A stretch of DNA of 64,000 nt, from the NCBI GenBank assembly GCA_045543695.1, contig JAZPXQ010000011.1, positions 98,923 to 162,922 of the forward strand, given 5' to 3'. Under the pieces are notes generated by a model. It ran no database searches. It was given only the letters and a program-made list of their open reading frames with translations, and was not told where the DNA came from. Shown piece by piece: positions 26,593-36,312 of this stretch; the first letter of the stretch is position 1; the number at the start of each line of letters is the position of its first letter. The position numbers and the translations under genes were made by a program. This DNA comes from Acutalibacteraceae bacterium (GTDB taxonomy: Bacteria; Bacillota; Clostridia; Oscillospirales; Acutalibacteraceae).

Positions 26593-29163
26593 TCAATAGT
26601 AAAGTCGTTTTCTGTTGCAGAAAATTATTATACCAATTACACCTGCCACAAGAGCATACCCACCTATAATATAAAGTGCTGTATAATTTTTCTGTGGTTC
26701 TTTATAAATAATTGTCGGAGAATAGTCCTCATCAACAACAATTTCTATTTGTGCTCTTTCTTTAAACAATAGGTTATAAAGCCATTCAATAAGCTCATCC
26801 TCTGTCATCTGAGCAAACTGTTCTCCAATGGAGGCTGAATAGGTTGAGAAGGTGTCATTCCCCCCTGCCATTGAACCAACAAGAAGATTCTCGTTACCGG
26901 GAAGCTTCATTGTTTTTGCAAGAACCCTTAAAAGGCTCATTAAAACCCCCGTCTGGTCAGCTTCGATGTAGGAATATTTAACATAATTCCCGTTAAATGT
27001 GCTTTTGCTTATTTTTTCAATTTTTGTGCCTATTCCTGCAAGAGAGTTAACATCAAACTCTGCAATTTTCATTCCCGTGCCTTCAGTTAAACTACCTAGC
27101 AGGCTGTTTAAATCAAGACTCTTGGTCAGCTCTGTAGCATCCAGCTTCATATCTACCAAACCGGACATTCTTAAGGTTAAAGCAGTTATTGGAATAAGCA
27201 AATTAGAAAGACATTTTTCCAACGAACCACTATTCATAAAGTAAATTATGTTTGGTAGTATTCTTGTAAGTGTTTTTACAGGGTTATCAAAAACCTGATC
27301 AAGAATATCGAAAACAGGCTCTGCAATATTATCCAAAAGAGCATCCTTGCTCTTATCATTTACATATTGGGTATAAGTTTTTATTGAGCTTTCCTTACAG
27401 CCTAACGCTTCAAGAATAGGAATTACTCCTGTGTTATAGCCATCTGCTCCCTTAATGGTTATGCTGTCCATAACCACAATATCTTCACCTGCAAGAACAA
27501 CCCTTAGCAAAGGATTTAAAGGACGAAGAACTGCAACAAAGGCATTCTGGAAGCCTCGTCTTGAGCCATTGTAAAAGCCCCAGGAAAGATTATTCAAAGA
27601 AGCCTTAGACCAAGAAGCTGCTTCACTTAATGCTTTATAAGCTGTTGGGTAATCATCTTTAATAAGCTCGGCTACACCATTAGGACTTGCATCAATACCT
27701 AAAAGCAAAAGCAAATCCAAAAGACCTTCTTTTTCCAATGCACCGTAAATACCTGTTAAAAGTGCATTTATGTTACTGTTTGAATAAATACTTGAGGACA
27801 GAAGCGCCTCAATACTGCGATAGCTTCCACCTTCTTTAACGAAATCATCAAGCAAATCATCAATTTCGTTAAGAACCTTTTTATAATTATCCTGGGTAAG
27901 GTTTGGTGTAAACTGTACAACTGTTTTTGCAATTTCCGGATACACCATTAACTGAGGAGCGCTTAGCTTTGCAGGAGTAAACAGAAGAATAAGTGCACCA
28001 ACAACTGAATCGGTATCCTTATCTAAAAAGCTACCGAGCATTTCCGGTGAAATATTGCTTTCACCGGCTCCCATATCCTTCATAAGCTGAGGAAGGGCTG
28101 CTTTGTTAAGCTTGAGTGTATCAACAAGCCAACGCATTATTTCAACATAGGCTCTGCCTTTGTCAGCCTGAAGCTCGAAACCATTGTGAGTGCCACATTC
28201 AGAAAGTCTTTTTAAATCAATGGGTGCAAGCTGTAAGCCACTTTCCCCTGCCATTTCAGAAAGACCTGTAGAAAGCATTTCATTCATATCGAATTTCATT
28301 GAATCCAGATCAAGTATTTTCAAGAATACTGCAATTTCAACAAGGGGATTAGAGAAAATCGGTGAAAGCAAAGACTCCATACAAGCATCCATTTCACCAC
28401 TTTGCACGAAATAAGCAAAGGAGGGCAGAATATCTGTTAAGGTATTCATTGGAGAGTCAGAAGCCTTTTCAAGGAGGGTGAGAACAGGAAGAAGAATATT
28501 TTTAAGCATATTACTTCTATCCTCGTTTGCCTGAGCAGTAAATTCAGCCTGATTTATCAGATCTGTGCATTTCAAGGAATTAAGCATTGGTACAATAGCA
28601 TTTTCGTAACCATTTGCACCATCAATTTTTATAAAGCTTGATATTGCATAAGTTCCTGAACATAAAAGTGTATAGAAAACATCATCGAACGGTGATAATG
28701 CTTTTGCAAAAGCTGTTGCAAAAGCTGTTTTATCAGCTACTCCCCATTTAACACCCGAAAGATTAACAGCATCCCAGGAAGATGCCTCATAAAGAGCCTT
28801 TTGAACATCGGGGTACTCACTCAAGCCATCTGCAACTGCATCAAGGGAAATATCTACACTTATCATTTCCATTTCGCTTGAATTTTCAGAAAGACCTACA
28901 TAAAGAGAAACCACAAACCCGGAAAGACTTTCATCACTATAAACCATAGGTTTAATTGTATCAGAAAGGCTTCCTCCTGTAAGAGTGGGAACAATATTAT
29001 TCAAAAGCGAATCTGTACCTTTTACAGCAGTAAGTGCCTCCTCAGCAGTAACGCCTTGGGGGTAATCTGTTGTGTAGCCTGCAGCTGCAACAGAGCCAAA
29101 AGAAGAGAAAACAACAAGCACACAAAGTATTGAGCATATAACCCTTTTTAAAATACTTTTCAT
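26593..29163 (-). CDS. Large envelope protein of unknown family (signal peptide, two homologous ~155-aa repeats, C-terminal TM anchor)
   Basis: MKSILKRVICSILCVLVVFSSFGSVAAA is the signal peptide. Internal duplication spans aa 140-292 and aa 528-682 (ORF-track numbering). The C-terminal helix YIIGGYALVAGVIGIIIF is followed by a basic tail. 10-nt gap to the ABC gene. Confidence 0.8.
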   Translation of the reverse strand: MKSILKRVICSILCVLVVFSSFGSVAAAGYTTDYPQGVTAEEALTAVKGTDSLLNNIVPTLTGGSLSDTIKPMVYSDESLSGFVVSLYVGLSENSSEMEMISVDISLDAVADGLSEYPDVQKALYEASSWDAVNLSGVKWGVADKTAFATAFAKALSPFDDVFYTLLCSGTYAISSFIKIDGANGYENAIVPMLNSLKCTDLINQAEFTAQANEDRSNMLKNILLPVLTLLEKASDSPMNTLTDILPSFAYFVQSGEMDACMESLLSPIFSNPLVEIAVFLKILDLDSMKFDMNEMLSTGLSEMAGESGLQLAPIDLKRLSECGTHNGFELQADKGRAYVEIMRWLVDTLKLNKAALPQLMKDMGAGESNISPEMLGSFLDKDTDSVVGALILLFTPAKLSAPQLMVYPEIAKTVVQFTPNLTQDNYKKVLNEIDDLLDDFVKEGGSYRSIEALLSSSIYSNSNINALLTGIYGALEKEGLLDLLLLLGIDASPNGVAELIKDDYPTAYKALSEAASWSKASLNNLSWGFYNGSRRGFQNAFVAVLRPLNPLLRVVLAGEDIVVMDSITIKGADGYNTGVIPILEALGCKESSIKTYTQYVNDKSKDALLDNIAEPVFDILDQVFDNPVKTLTRILPNIIYFMNSGSLEKCLSNLLIPITALTLRMSGLVDMKLDATELTKSLDLNSLLGSLTEGTGMKIAEFDVNSLAGIGTKIEKISKSTFNGNYVKYSYIEADQTGVLMSLLRVLAKTMKLPGNENLLVGSMAGGNDTFSTYSASIGEQFAQMTEDELIEWLYNLLFKERAQIEIVVDEDYSPTIIYKEPQKNYTALYIIGGYALVAGVIGIIIFCNRKRLYY

Positions 29164-29293
29164 AATCATCACTCTGATTTTTATATTATACAAATTTTTT
29201 ACATATATATTATTATACTTTATCTCCACCATAGATTATACAACATCTATTGTATCATTTGTTAAGAATTTGTGAATAAAAGAGGTCAAACTA

Positions 29294-29794
29294 ATGAAAA
29301 AAACTGTATTTTTATTACTTATTATTTTGCTTTTAACAGCCACATTAAGCAGCTGCACCTTTTCCGCCACAGGTGATAGTATTGAAGCTTTTTCAAGACG
29401 AATGAACGAGTTAAACGAAAACTATAATATGACCTCAGAAGGTTATATTATTGACCAAACCGAATGCACATTAAAAAAGTTTTATAAATTTTCCGAAAAA
29501 GACATTATGCTCAATTTCAAATATGATAAAAAATACCGTCTGAACGAAATGAACATAGTCTTTGCTTCTGTCATCCTTGAAGAAAATTCACAAGCCTTGG
29601 CATTTATTTGTGATTCTGTAAAAAGCTTTGTACAGAATGAAAGCACATACAATCAGCTTTTGGAATTAACCGATTTTGAAAATGCTATCACCAAAATTGA
29701 CATAAAAACAAAAAGTGCCGAAGCAGATAATATCAAAATGGAAATTGATACTACCGAGCTCGGCACAGTAATCACTATTTACAAAGACATATAG
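29294..29794 (+). CDS. Hypothetical lipoprotein
   Basis: MKKTVFLLLIILLLTATLSSC is a lipobox signal. The gene is divergent from the 879-aa protein operon. Confidence 0.7.
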   Translation: MKKTVFLLLIILLLTATLSSCTFSATGDSIEAFSRRMNELNENYNMTSEGYIIDQTECTLKKFYKFSEKDIMLNFKYDKKYRLNEMNIVFASVILEENSQALAFICDSVKSFVQNESTYNQLLELTDFENAITKIDIKTKSAEADNIKMEIDTTELGTVITIYKDI

Positions 29795-30381
29795 TCTTTC
29801 AATTTTTCTGCTATTTGACGAAGAGCATTACCCCTGTGACTTAAAGCGTCCTTCTCGTCCCCTGTAAGCTCTGCAAAGCTTTTATCTCCAACCATAAAAA
29901 TGGGGTCATAACCAAAACCACCATTGCCTTTAGGCTCAAAACCAATGTAGCCCTTACATTCTCCCCTTGCAGAAATAACATCTCCATTAGGAAAAACACA
30001 ACAAACTACAGAAACGAATTTTGCTGTTCTTTCCTCAACAGGAACATCTCTTAAAATTTTAAGAAGCTTCTGATTATTCTTTTCATCATTTCCGTGTTCA
30101 CCTGCAAAACGGGCAGAATAAACACCGGGAGCACCAACAAGGTAATCAACAGAAAGACCTGAATCGTCTGCAACACAGGGCATACCACTTTCAAGGCAAC
30201 CACTATTTGCTTTCAAAAAAGCATTTTCATAGAAGGTTTCTCCGGTTTCATCAACATCAGAAATTTCTATGCCTGCCTGTTCAGCTGTTTTAACATCAAT
30301 GCCTAAAGGTGAAAGTATACGATAAAGCTCATCTCTTTTTTTCATATTATGAGTGGCGATTAAAAAAACGTTGCTTTCCAT
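29779..30381 (-). CDS. rdgB: Non-canonical purine NTP pyrophosphatase (RdgB/HAM1)
   Basis: IATHNMKKRDE..., FGYDPIF and SHRGNAL motifs are present. The start overlaps the ftsY stop (TAATG). Confidence 0.9.
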   Translation of the reverse strand: MESNVFLIATHNMKKRDELYRILSPLGIDVKTAEQAGIEISDVDETGETFYENAFLKANSGCLESGMPCVADDSGLSVDYLVGAPGVYSARFAGEHGNDEKNNQKLLKILRDVPVEERTAKFVSVVCCVFPNGDVISARGECKGYIGFEPKGNGGFGYDPIFMVGDKSFAELTGDEKDALSHRGNALRQIAEKLKDYMSL

Positions 30382-31673
30382 TAACCAAACAACCTCCCAA
30401 AGAAGCCCTTTTTCTTTTTGGGTTCTTCTTTCACTTCTTCCTTAGTTTCTTCAACAGGTGCTTCAGCTGTTTCCCCTGAAGCATCCTCAATAGATTCTTT
30501 TGCTGTTTCTTCCACAACTTCTTCCACAGCTTCTTCAACTATTTCCTGATCAGGTTCGTAAATATCTTCATCTACATCTTCAACAACAGTATCAGCAATT
30601 TCTTCGTCGCTGTCGCTTTCTTCCGTTTCGTTAATTTCAGCCATAGCACTGAATATTTCACCTACGGCCTTAGCAAGCTCTGCTCTTTCGTCGGTTTCTT
30701 CTACAGGAACATATTCTTCACGGATTTTGGAAAGATCAATTTCATCTTCTTCAAAATCCTCGGGAAGATCATTGAAAAGACCATCTGCAAAAGCATGTGG
30801 ATTAAAGGGCTGTAAATCGTCAATGCCCTCACCCACACCAATAAACTTAACAGGCACTTTAAGATCATTCTTAATAGAAAGAACAACCCCGCCACGAGCT
30901 GTACCATCAAGCTTTGTAAGGATAATACCTGTAATTTCAGCAATTTTTGCAAATTCACGAGCCTGATTAACAGCATTCTGACCTGTGGTAGCATCAAGAA
31001 CAAGCAATACCTCACGGTCAGAATAGGGCAATTCACGGTCAATAACACGATAAATTTTACCTAACTCCTCCATAAGATTTTTCTTGTTGTGAAGACGTCC
31101 TGCAGTATCGCAAATAATAATTTCAGTACCCCTTGCTTTGGCAGCAGAAATTGTATCAAAAATTACTGCTGCAGGGTCTGCACCCTCTTTGTGCTTAACA
31201 ATATCTACCCCTGCACGTTCTGCCCAGACATCAAGCTGGTCAATAGCTGCAGCACGGAAGGTATCAGCAGCAGCAAGAATAACGCTTTTACCCTCTGCCT
31301 TGTACCTTGCTGCAAGCTTACCTATTGTAGTGGTTTTACCAACACCATTAACACCAATAACAAGAATTACGGAGGGAATGGTAATAAGTCCCATATCCTC
31401 GCCACCTTCAAGCATTTCGGCAACAATGTCTTTAATTTCTGCCTTTACATCGGCAGGATTTTTTATACCCTTTTTACGAACAACATCATTAAGACGCAAT
31501 GTTATTTCCGATGCAGTTGTAACACCAACATCACCCATAACAAGGGCTTCCTCGAGCTCATCGAAAAGCTCCTGGTCAATTGATGTATAGCTGTCAAGAA
31601 CATTATCAATTGCACCTGAAACATTATTTCTTGTTTTTCTTAAACCGAAGTTAATTTTCTTAAAAATACCCAT
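30381..31673 (-). CDS. ftsY: Signal recognition particle receptor FtsY with a 130-aa acidic C-terminal extension
   Basis: The NG domain occupies aa 1-300 (GVNGVGKTTTIGKL, DTAGR, TKLDGTARGG). A Glu/Asp-rich tail follows and ends in KKKKGFFGRLFG. Confidence 0.95.
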   Translation of the reverse strand: MGIFKKINFGLRKTRNNVSGAIDNVLDSYTSIDQELFDELEEALVMGDVGVTTASEITLRLNDVVRKKGIKNPADVKAEIKDIVAEMLEGGEDMGLITIPSVILVIGVNGVGKTTTIGKLAARYKAEGKSVILAAADTFRAAAIDQLDVWAERAGVDIVKHKEGADPAAVIFDTISAAKARGTEIIICDTAGRLHNKKNLMEELGKIYRVIDRELPYSDREVLLVLDATTGQNAVNQAREFAKIAEITGIILTKLDGTARGGVVLSIKNDLKVPVKFIGVGEGIDDLQPFNPHAFADGLFNDLPEDFEEDEIDLSKIREEYVPVEETDERAELAKAVGEIFSAMAEINETEESDSDEEIADTVVEDVDEDIYEPDQEIVEEAVEEVVEETAKESIEDASGETAEAPVEETKEEVKEEPKKKKGFFGRLFG

Positions 31674-31696
31674 TAGAAAAACTCCATTATAATAAA

Positions 31697-34600
31697 TTAT
31701 GTTAAATCAAACTTAGTAGCCATTTCTGCTGTTTTAAGCTCCAACAACTTGGAAACACCCTTTTCCTGCATTGTTACACCATAAAGCATATCAGCTTCTT
31801 CCATTGTACCACGACGGTGTGTAATAAGAATAAACTGCGTGTTATTAGTCATTCTGCGTACATAAGATGCATATCTGACAACGTTAACATCATCAAGGGC
31901 AGCCTCAACCTCGTCGAAAATACAGAAAGGACAAGGATTAACCTTGAGAATTGAGAAAAGGAGTGCTATTGCTGAAAGACCCTTTTCACCACCGGAAAGG
32001 AGTGAAATATTCTGAACATTCTTACCCGGAGGCTGAACCTTGATATCAATGTCACACTCCAGAACATCACTTTCATCTGTAAGCACAAGGGAAGCCTTAC
32101 CACCACCAAAAAGCTCTGAGAAAGTCTGACCGAAGCTCAAATTGATTTTATCAAACTGTTCCTTAAATTGAACTCCCATTTTCCCTGTAAGTTCATTAAT
32201 AAGCTTAATAAGCTCTGCCTTGGATTTTTCAACATCGCTTACCTGAGTGTGCATAAAGCTATATCTTTCAGAAACCTCTTTATACTCCTCAATTGCACTT
32301 ACATTTACATTACCCAGACCACGAATTTTGCTTTTAAGCTCATTAAGGCGTTTTTTTGCTTCAGGGATATCTTCAATAACAATATCAAGCTCTTCTGCCT
32401 CACGCTTGGTAAGCTCATATTCGTCATAGAGCTTATTCTGTATGTCCTCGAACTCTTTTTCCATTGTTTCCTTACGTTCGGAAAGTCTGGCTTTTTCTCC
32501 ACCTAATTTTTCACGTTCTTCAGTTTTTTCTCTTTCAAGCAGACGAAGCTTTCCGCTTTCCTGCTCATACTGCTCACGCTTTTGAATAAGTGACATAATC
32601 TGTTCTTTAGATGCAGAGCTCTGAGTTCTCAGTCCTTCTGCCTCACCATTTAGAACATCTATTCGTTCTCTGATTTCTTCATTGCGTTTATTGATTTCTT
32701 CAATTTCGCTATCAAGCTGAGAAAGCTTATCCTTGTGACTTGTGCTTCTGTTTCGGAGCCTTGTAATTTCTTCCTTTTTGGCTTCTATTTCCTTTTCAGC
32801 AGTAGCTATAAAAAGATTAATCTGTGCTGCATCAGCAGTAAGCTTTTCTCTTTTTTCACGAAGGCTCTCTCTATCACCGGTAAGAGTCGAAAGCTCAGCC
32901 TCTACTTTATCAAGCTCAACCTGAAGCTCTGCAAGCCTTTCGTTTGCTGAGGCTGCACCGTCATTAATTGTTTTAATACGCTCCGTAAGCTGTGTTTTTT
33001 CTTCATCTGCAAGGGTCTGCGTCTGTAAGGTGTTTTCGTAATTGCCTTTACGAAGAGCAAGAACACCCTCAACTCTTATTTTCTCTTCACTAAGGGCGAT
33101 AATTTCACCCTTACAGCCTTCAAGCTCAGCAAAAACCGATGAATAGCTTTCTTGCTGTGCTTCCACATCTTTAAGAAGAATTGCAAGCTTTTCTTCAAGT
33201 GCCTTCAAATCATTTTTTAATTTGTCAAGCTCGTTACCTCGGCTGAGAATACCTGCATTCTGTAGTTTTGCACCACCGGTCATTGAACCACCTGCGTTAA
33301 CTACCTGACCATCAAGTGTAACAATTTTGAATTTATTATTATATTTTTTAGCAATTACAATTGCTGCATCCAAATCCTCAGCAACAACAGTTCTTCCTAA
33401 AAGAGAATTGACAATTTCAGTATACTTCTTATCATACTCAACAAGCTCTGATGCAATATTTATGTAACCAAAACAATCATCAAGCCCTTTTTCGTCAAGC
33501 ACTCTGCCCTTAATTGCAGTAAGAGGTAGGAATGTCGCTCTGCCGGCTCTGCTTTCTTTAAGAAAGCCAATAGCTTTTTTAGCATCATTTTCTGTATCTG
33601 TTACAATATTCTGAATTTGCGCACCTAAAGCTGTTTCAATAGCCAAAGAATATTTATCCTTAACGGTAATAATCTGCGAAACCGGTGCGTGTATGCCCTT
33701 GAGCACACCACGCCTAACCTCACGGATAACAGCTTTAACACTCCCCTGATAGCCTTCCATATTTTTTTCAAGATCGGAAAGCATTAAAACACGGGAGTTT
33801 TTAATCTGAATGTCGTTACGAAGATTATTTTCCTGTTCTTTGAGTGCATCAAGCTTTTCTTTTCTTTTGGTTGCAAGAAGCTCAATTCCCGAAAGGGAAT
33901 TGTTAAGTTCAGTATTTCTTTCAACAATATTCGCTAATTCTGCTTCAGCTTCTTTACATTGAGCTTCAAGAGCTTCAAGAACAGGCTTTCTTGACTCTGT
34001 CAATTTGTCTATTACAGAAATTCTGTTATTAATTTCATCAATTGAAGACTCTGCATTTGAGCTTATAACTCTGTTATCTGCTATTTCAACAGAAAGAGCT
34101 GACATCTTTGTGCTTAACTCAACACTTCTCTGAGCCGATTTACTGTTTTCATCACTTAAAATATCAAGCTCACCGGTAAATGAATTAAGCTCTGATTTTT
34201 TATCTTCAATATTTGCTTCAAGCTCAATAATACTTTTCTGAGCCTCTTCAATCTGAGTAGCAATTTCTGTATCCGTATCGTTTTCTTCTGTTTTTTCTCT
34301 TTCAATTCTTTCAATGGTTTCGTTATTATGAAGAATTGTATTTTCCTGAACTGCAATCTGACTTTCAAGAACAGCCGCCTGTTCTTCAAGCTGAGTACAA
34401 GCCCTTCTGATTTCATCAACTGCAACAGTAATTCTTTGAGATTCTGCAAAGGAAGATTCTATTTTCTCTGTAATTTCTTCAAGAGATTTACAAACCTCAC
34501 CATATTGAGAATCTATAATTGTAATTTTCTTTTCCTGCTCACGCAGATCATTTTTGGTTTTATCAATAGTATAAAGCCAAAGACCAATTTCAAGATTTTT

Positions 34601-35266
34601 CTTTTCCCCTGCGTACTCAAGGAATCTCTGAGCTTTTTCACTTTGGGTTTTAAGTGGTCCTACTCTGGTTTCAAGCTCTGTAAGAATATCTCTTAATCTT
34701 AATAGATTTTCTTCAGCCTGACTAAGCCGACGCATAGCATCTGCCCGACGGTATCTGTAATGGGAAATACCCGCAGCTTCTTCAAGCATATCACGTCTGT
34801 CATCAGACTTACCTGAGATAAGTGTCTCAACCTTGCCCTGACTGATCATAGAATAGCCATCACGACCAAGACCGGTATCCATAAAGAGCTCGTGGATATC
34901 TTTAAGTCTTGCCTGCTCACCGTTTATTTTATATTCACTTTCACCGGAACGGAAATAACGTCTTGTAACTGTTACTTCTTTTTTAGGGTTATTAAGAGCC
35001 ATATCGGAGTTATCCAGCTTGAGAGTAACCTCTGCAAAGCCGACTGCACGACGGGAGTCCGTACCACTAAAGATAACATCCTCCATTTTTGAGCCACGCA
35101 GATTCTTTGTTGATTGCTCACCTAAAACCCAACGCATAGCATCGGAAAGATTACTCTTTCCGCTACCGTTAGGTCCAACAACAGCCGTTATACCTTTTCC
35201 GAAGTTTAACACAGTCTTGTCCGGGAAGGATTTAAAGCCCTGCATTTCAATCGCTTTAAGATACAT
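31697..35266 (-). CDS. smc: Chromosome partition protein SMC
   Basis: 1189 aa. Walker A GPNGSGKSN, long coiled coils, a hinge, and C-terminal LSGGEK and FCIFDEVEAALD. Confidence 0.97.
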   Translation of the reverse strand: MYLKAIEMQGFKSFPDKTVLNFGKGITAVVGPNGSGKSNLSDAMRWVLGEQSTKNLRGSKMEDVIFSGTDSRRAVGFAEVTLKLDNSDMALNNPKKEVTVTRRYFRSGESEYKINGEQARLKDIHELFMDTGLGRDGYSMISQGKVETLISGKSDDRRDMLEEAAGISHYRYRRADAMRRLSQAEENLLRLRDILTELETRVGPLKTQSEKAQRFLEYAGEKKNLEIGLWLYTIDKTKNDLREQEKKITIIDSQYGEVCKSLEEITEKIESSFAESQRITVAVDEIRRACTQLEEQAAVLESQIAVQENTILHNNETIERIEREKTEENDTDTEIATQIEEAQKSIIELEANIEDKKSELNSFTGELDILSDENSKSAQRSVELSTKMSALSVEIADNRVISSNAESSIDEINNRISVIDKLTESRKPVLEALEAQCKEAEAELANIVERNTELNNSLSGIELLATKRKEKLDALKEQENNLRNDIQIKNSRVLMLSDLEKNMEGYQGSVKAVIREVRRGVLKGIHAPVSQIITVKDKYSLAIETALGAQIQNIVTDTENDAKKAIGFLKESRAGRATFLPLTAIKGRVLDEKGLDDCFGYINIASELVEYDKKYTEIVNSLLGRTVVAEDLDAAIVIAKKYNNKFKIVTLDGQVVNAGGSMTGGAKLQNAGILSRGNELDKLKNDLKALEEKLAILLKDVEAQQESYSSVFAELEGCKGEIIALSEEKIRVEGVLALRKGNYENTLQTQTLADEEKTQLTERIKTINDGAASANERLAELQVELDKVEAELSTLTGDRESLREKREKLTADAAQINLFIATAEKEIEAKKEEITRLRNRSTSHKDKLSQLDSEIEEINKRNEEIRERIDVLNGEAEGLRTQSSASKEQIMSLIQKREQYEQESGKLRLLEREKTEEREKLGGEKARLSERKETMEKEFEDIQNKLYDEYELTKREAEELDIVIEDIPEAKKRLNELKSKIRGLGNVNVSAIEEYKEVSERYSFMHTQVSDVEKSKAELIKLINELTGKMGVQFKEQFDKINLSFGQTFSELFGGGKASLVLTDESDVLECDIDIKVQPPGKNVQNISLLSGGEKGLSAIALLFSILKVNPCPFCIFDEVEAALDDVNVVRYASYVRRMTNNTQFILITHRRGTMEEADMLYGVTMQEKGVSKLLELKTAEMATKFDLT

Positions 35267-35286
35267 TTGGTTTTCTACCTTTCATC

Positions 35287-36312
35287 TTATTCAACTAAAA
35301 GTTCATACTTTTTAAGATTTTTCATTCCCTTTACGCAAACTTCCCACCCATCTCTTTTAAGAGCTATTTTATTAGCCCCCTTCTGACCTGTCATTTTAGA
35401 AATTTCACGGTCATTTACATAAAGAGTAATTTGCTTTTTTTGTGTAAGAGAACATATATGATTTCTTTCAACGGGATGCTTCTCTGAAAGAATTTGTTTT
35501 GCTTTTTCTAAATAAATTTTCGATTCGCAAAGTTCACCGAATGCCGGATGATAAGGTCCGGCCAGGAACCCTTCTTCAACATTTCCACCCGAATGAAGTC
35601 CTAAGCGAATAACTGTAATATTCTCCTCGTAAAACCTTCGAAGCAGAGCTGCACAAAGCTCAACTGCCGCCTCGGTAGTCTGAGGGGTATATGCCCCTCG
35701 CTTATACAGCTCACCCAAATATGTACCCTCTAAAACAATTGTTGGGTAAATACGGACTGTATCGGGTTTCAAAAGGACTATATCTTCAGCAGTTTTTAAA
35801 GCTTTTTCAGGGGTATCCCCTAAAAGGCCGGTCATCATTTGCAGTCCTAACGAAAAGCCCTGCTCTTTGATTAATTCTGATGCTTTTATTATATCATCCC
35901 GAGTGTGCCCACGATGATTTAATGAAAGCACCTGGGAATCCGTACTTTGAGCTCCAAGCTCAATAGATGTAATTTTATATTTCTTGAGTATGTCAAGGAC
36001 TTCTTGGTCAATGGCATCAGGACGAGTAGAAATTCTTATTCCACAGAAATTACCGTTTTCTATAAATGGCTTAGTGACTTCAAGCAGAGAAATCATATAC
36101 TCCCTATTGATAGCAGTAAAGCTGCCACCAAAAAAAGCAATTTCCGTGTTTTCGGGGTCTATTCCATCTTCAACTGCCTTCAGCAGAGTTTTTCCTACAT
36201 CATCAGGTGTCAGCTCTTTAACAGAACCGGAAATGGTCTTTTGATTACAAAATGAGCATTGATGAGGACAACCTTGATGAGGAACAAACAGTGAAATATT
36301 AGCGTGCTTCAT
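35287..36312 (-). CDS. ELP3-like radical SAM protein (no GNAT domain)
   Basis: CPHQCSFCNQ is a CxxxCxxC cluster motif. It sits in the conserved position between rnc and smc, with a 4-nt overlap with rnc. Confidence 0.8.
   Translation of the reverse strand: MKHANISLFVPHQGCPHQCSFCNQKTISGSVKELTPDDVGKTLLKAVEDGIDPENTEIAFFGGSFTAINREYMISLLEVTKPFIENGNFCGIRISTRPDAIDQEVLDILKKYKITSIELGAQSTDSQVLSLNHRGHTRDDIIKASELIKEQGFSLGLQMMTGLLGDTPEKALKTAEDIVLLKPDTVRIYPTIVLEGTYLGELYKRGAYTPQTTEAAVELCAALLRRFYEENITVIRLGLHSGGNVEEGFLAGPYHPAFGELCESKIYLEKAKQILSEKHPVERNHICSLTQKKQITLYVNDREISKMTGQKGANKIALKRDGWEVCVKGMKNLKKYELLVE

Noticed and set aside
35287-36312. Radical SAM enzyme as a RiPP/sactipeptide maturase
   Set aside because: There is no precursor-peptide ORF or SPASM-type extra Cys clusters. 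It sits in the conserved rnc / radical-SAM / smc housekeeping arrangement and is ELP3-like.
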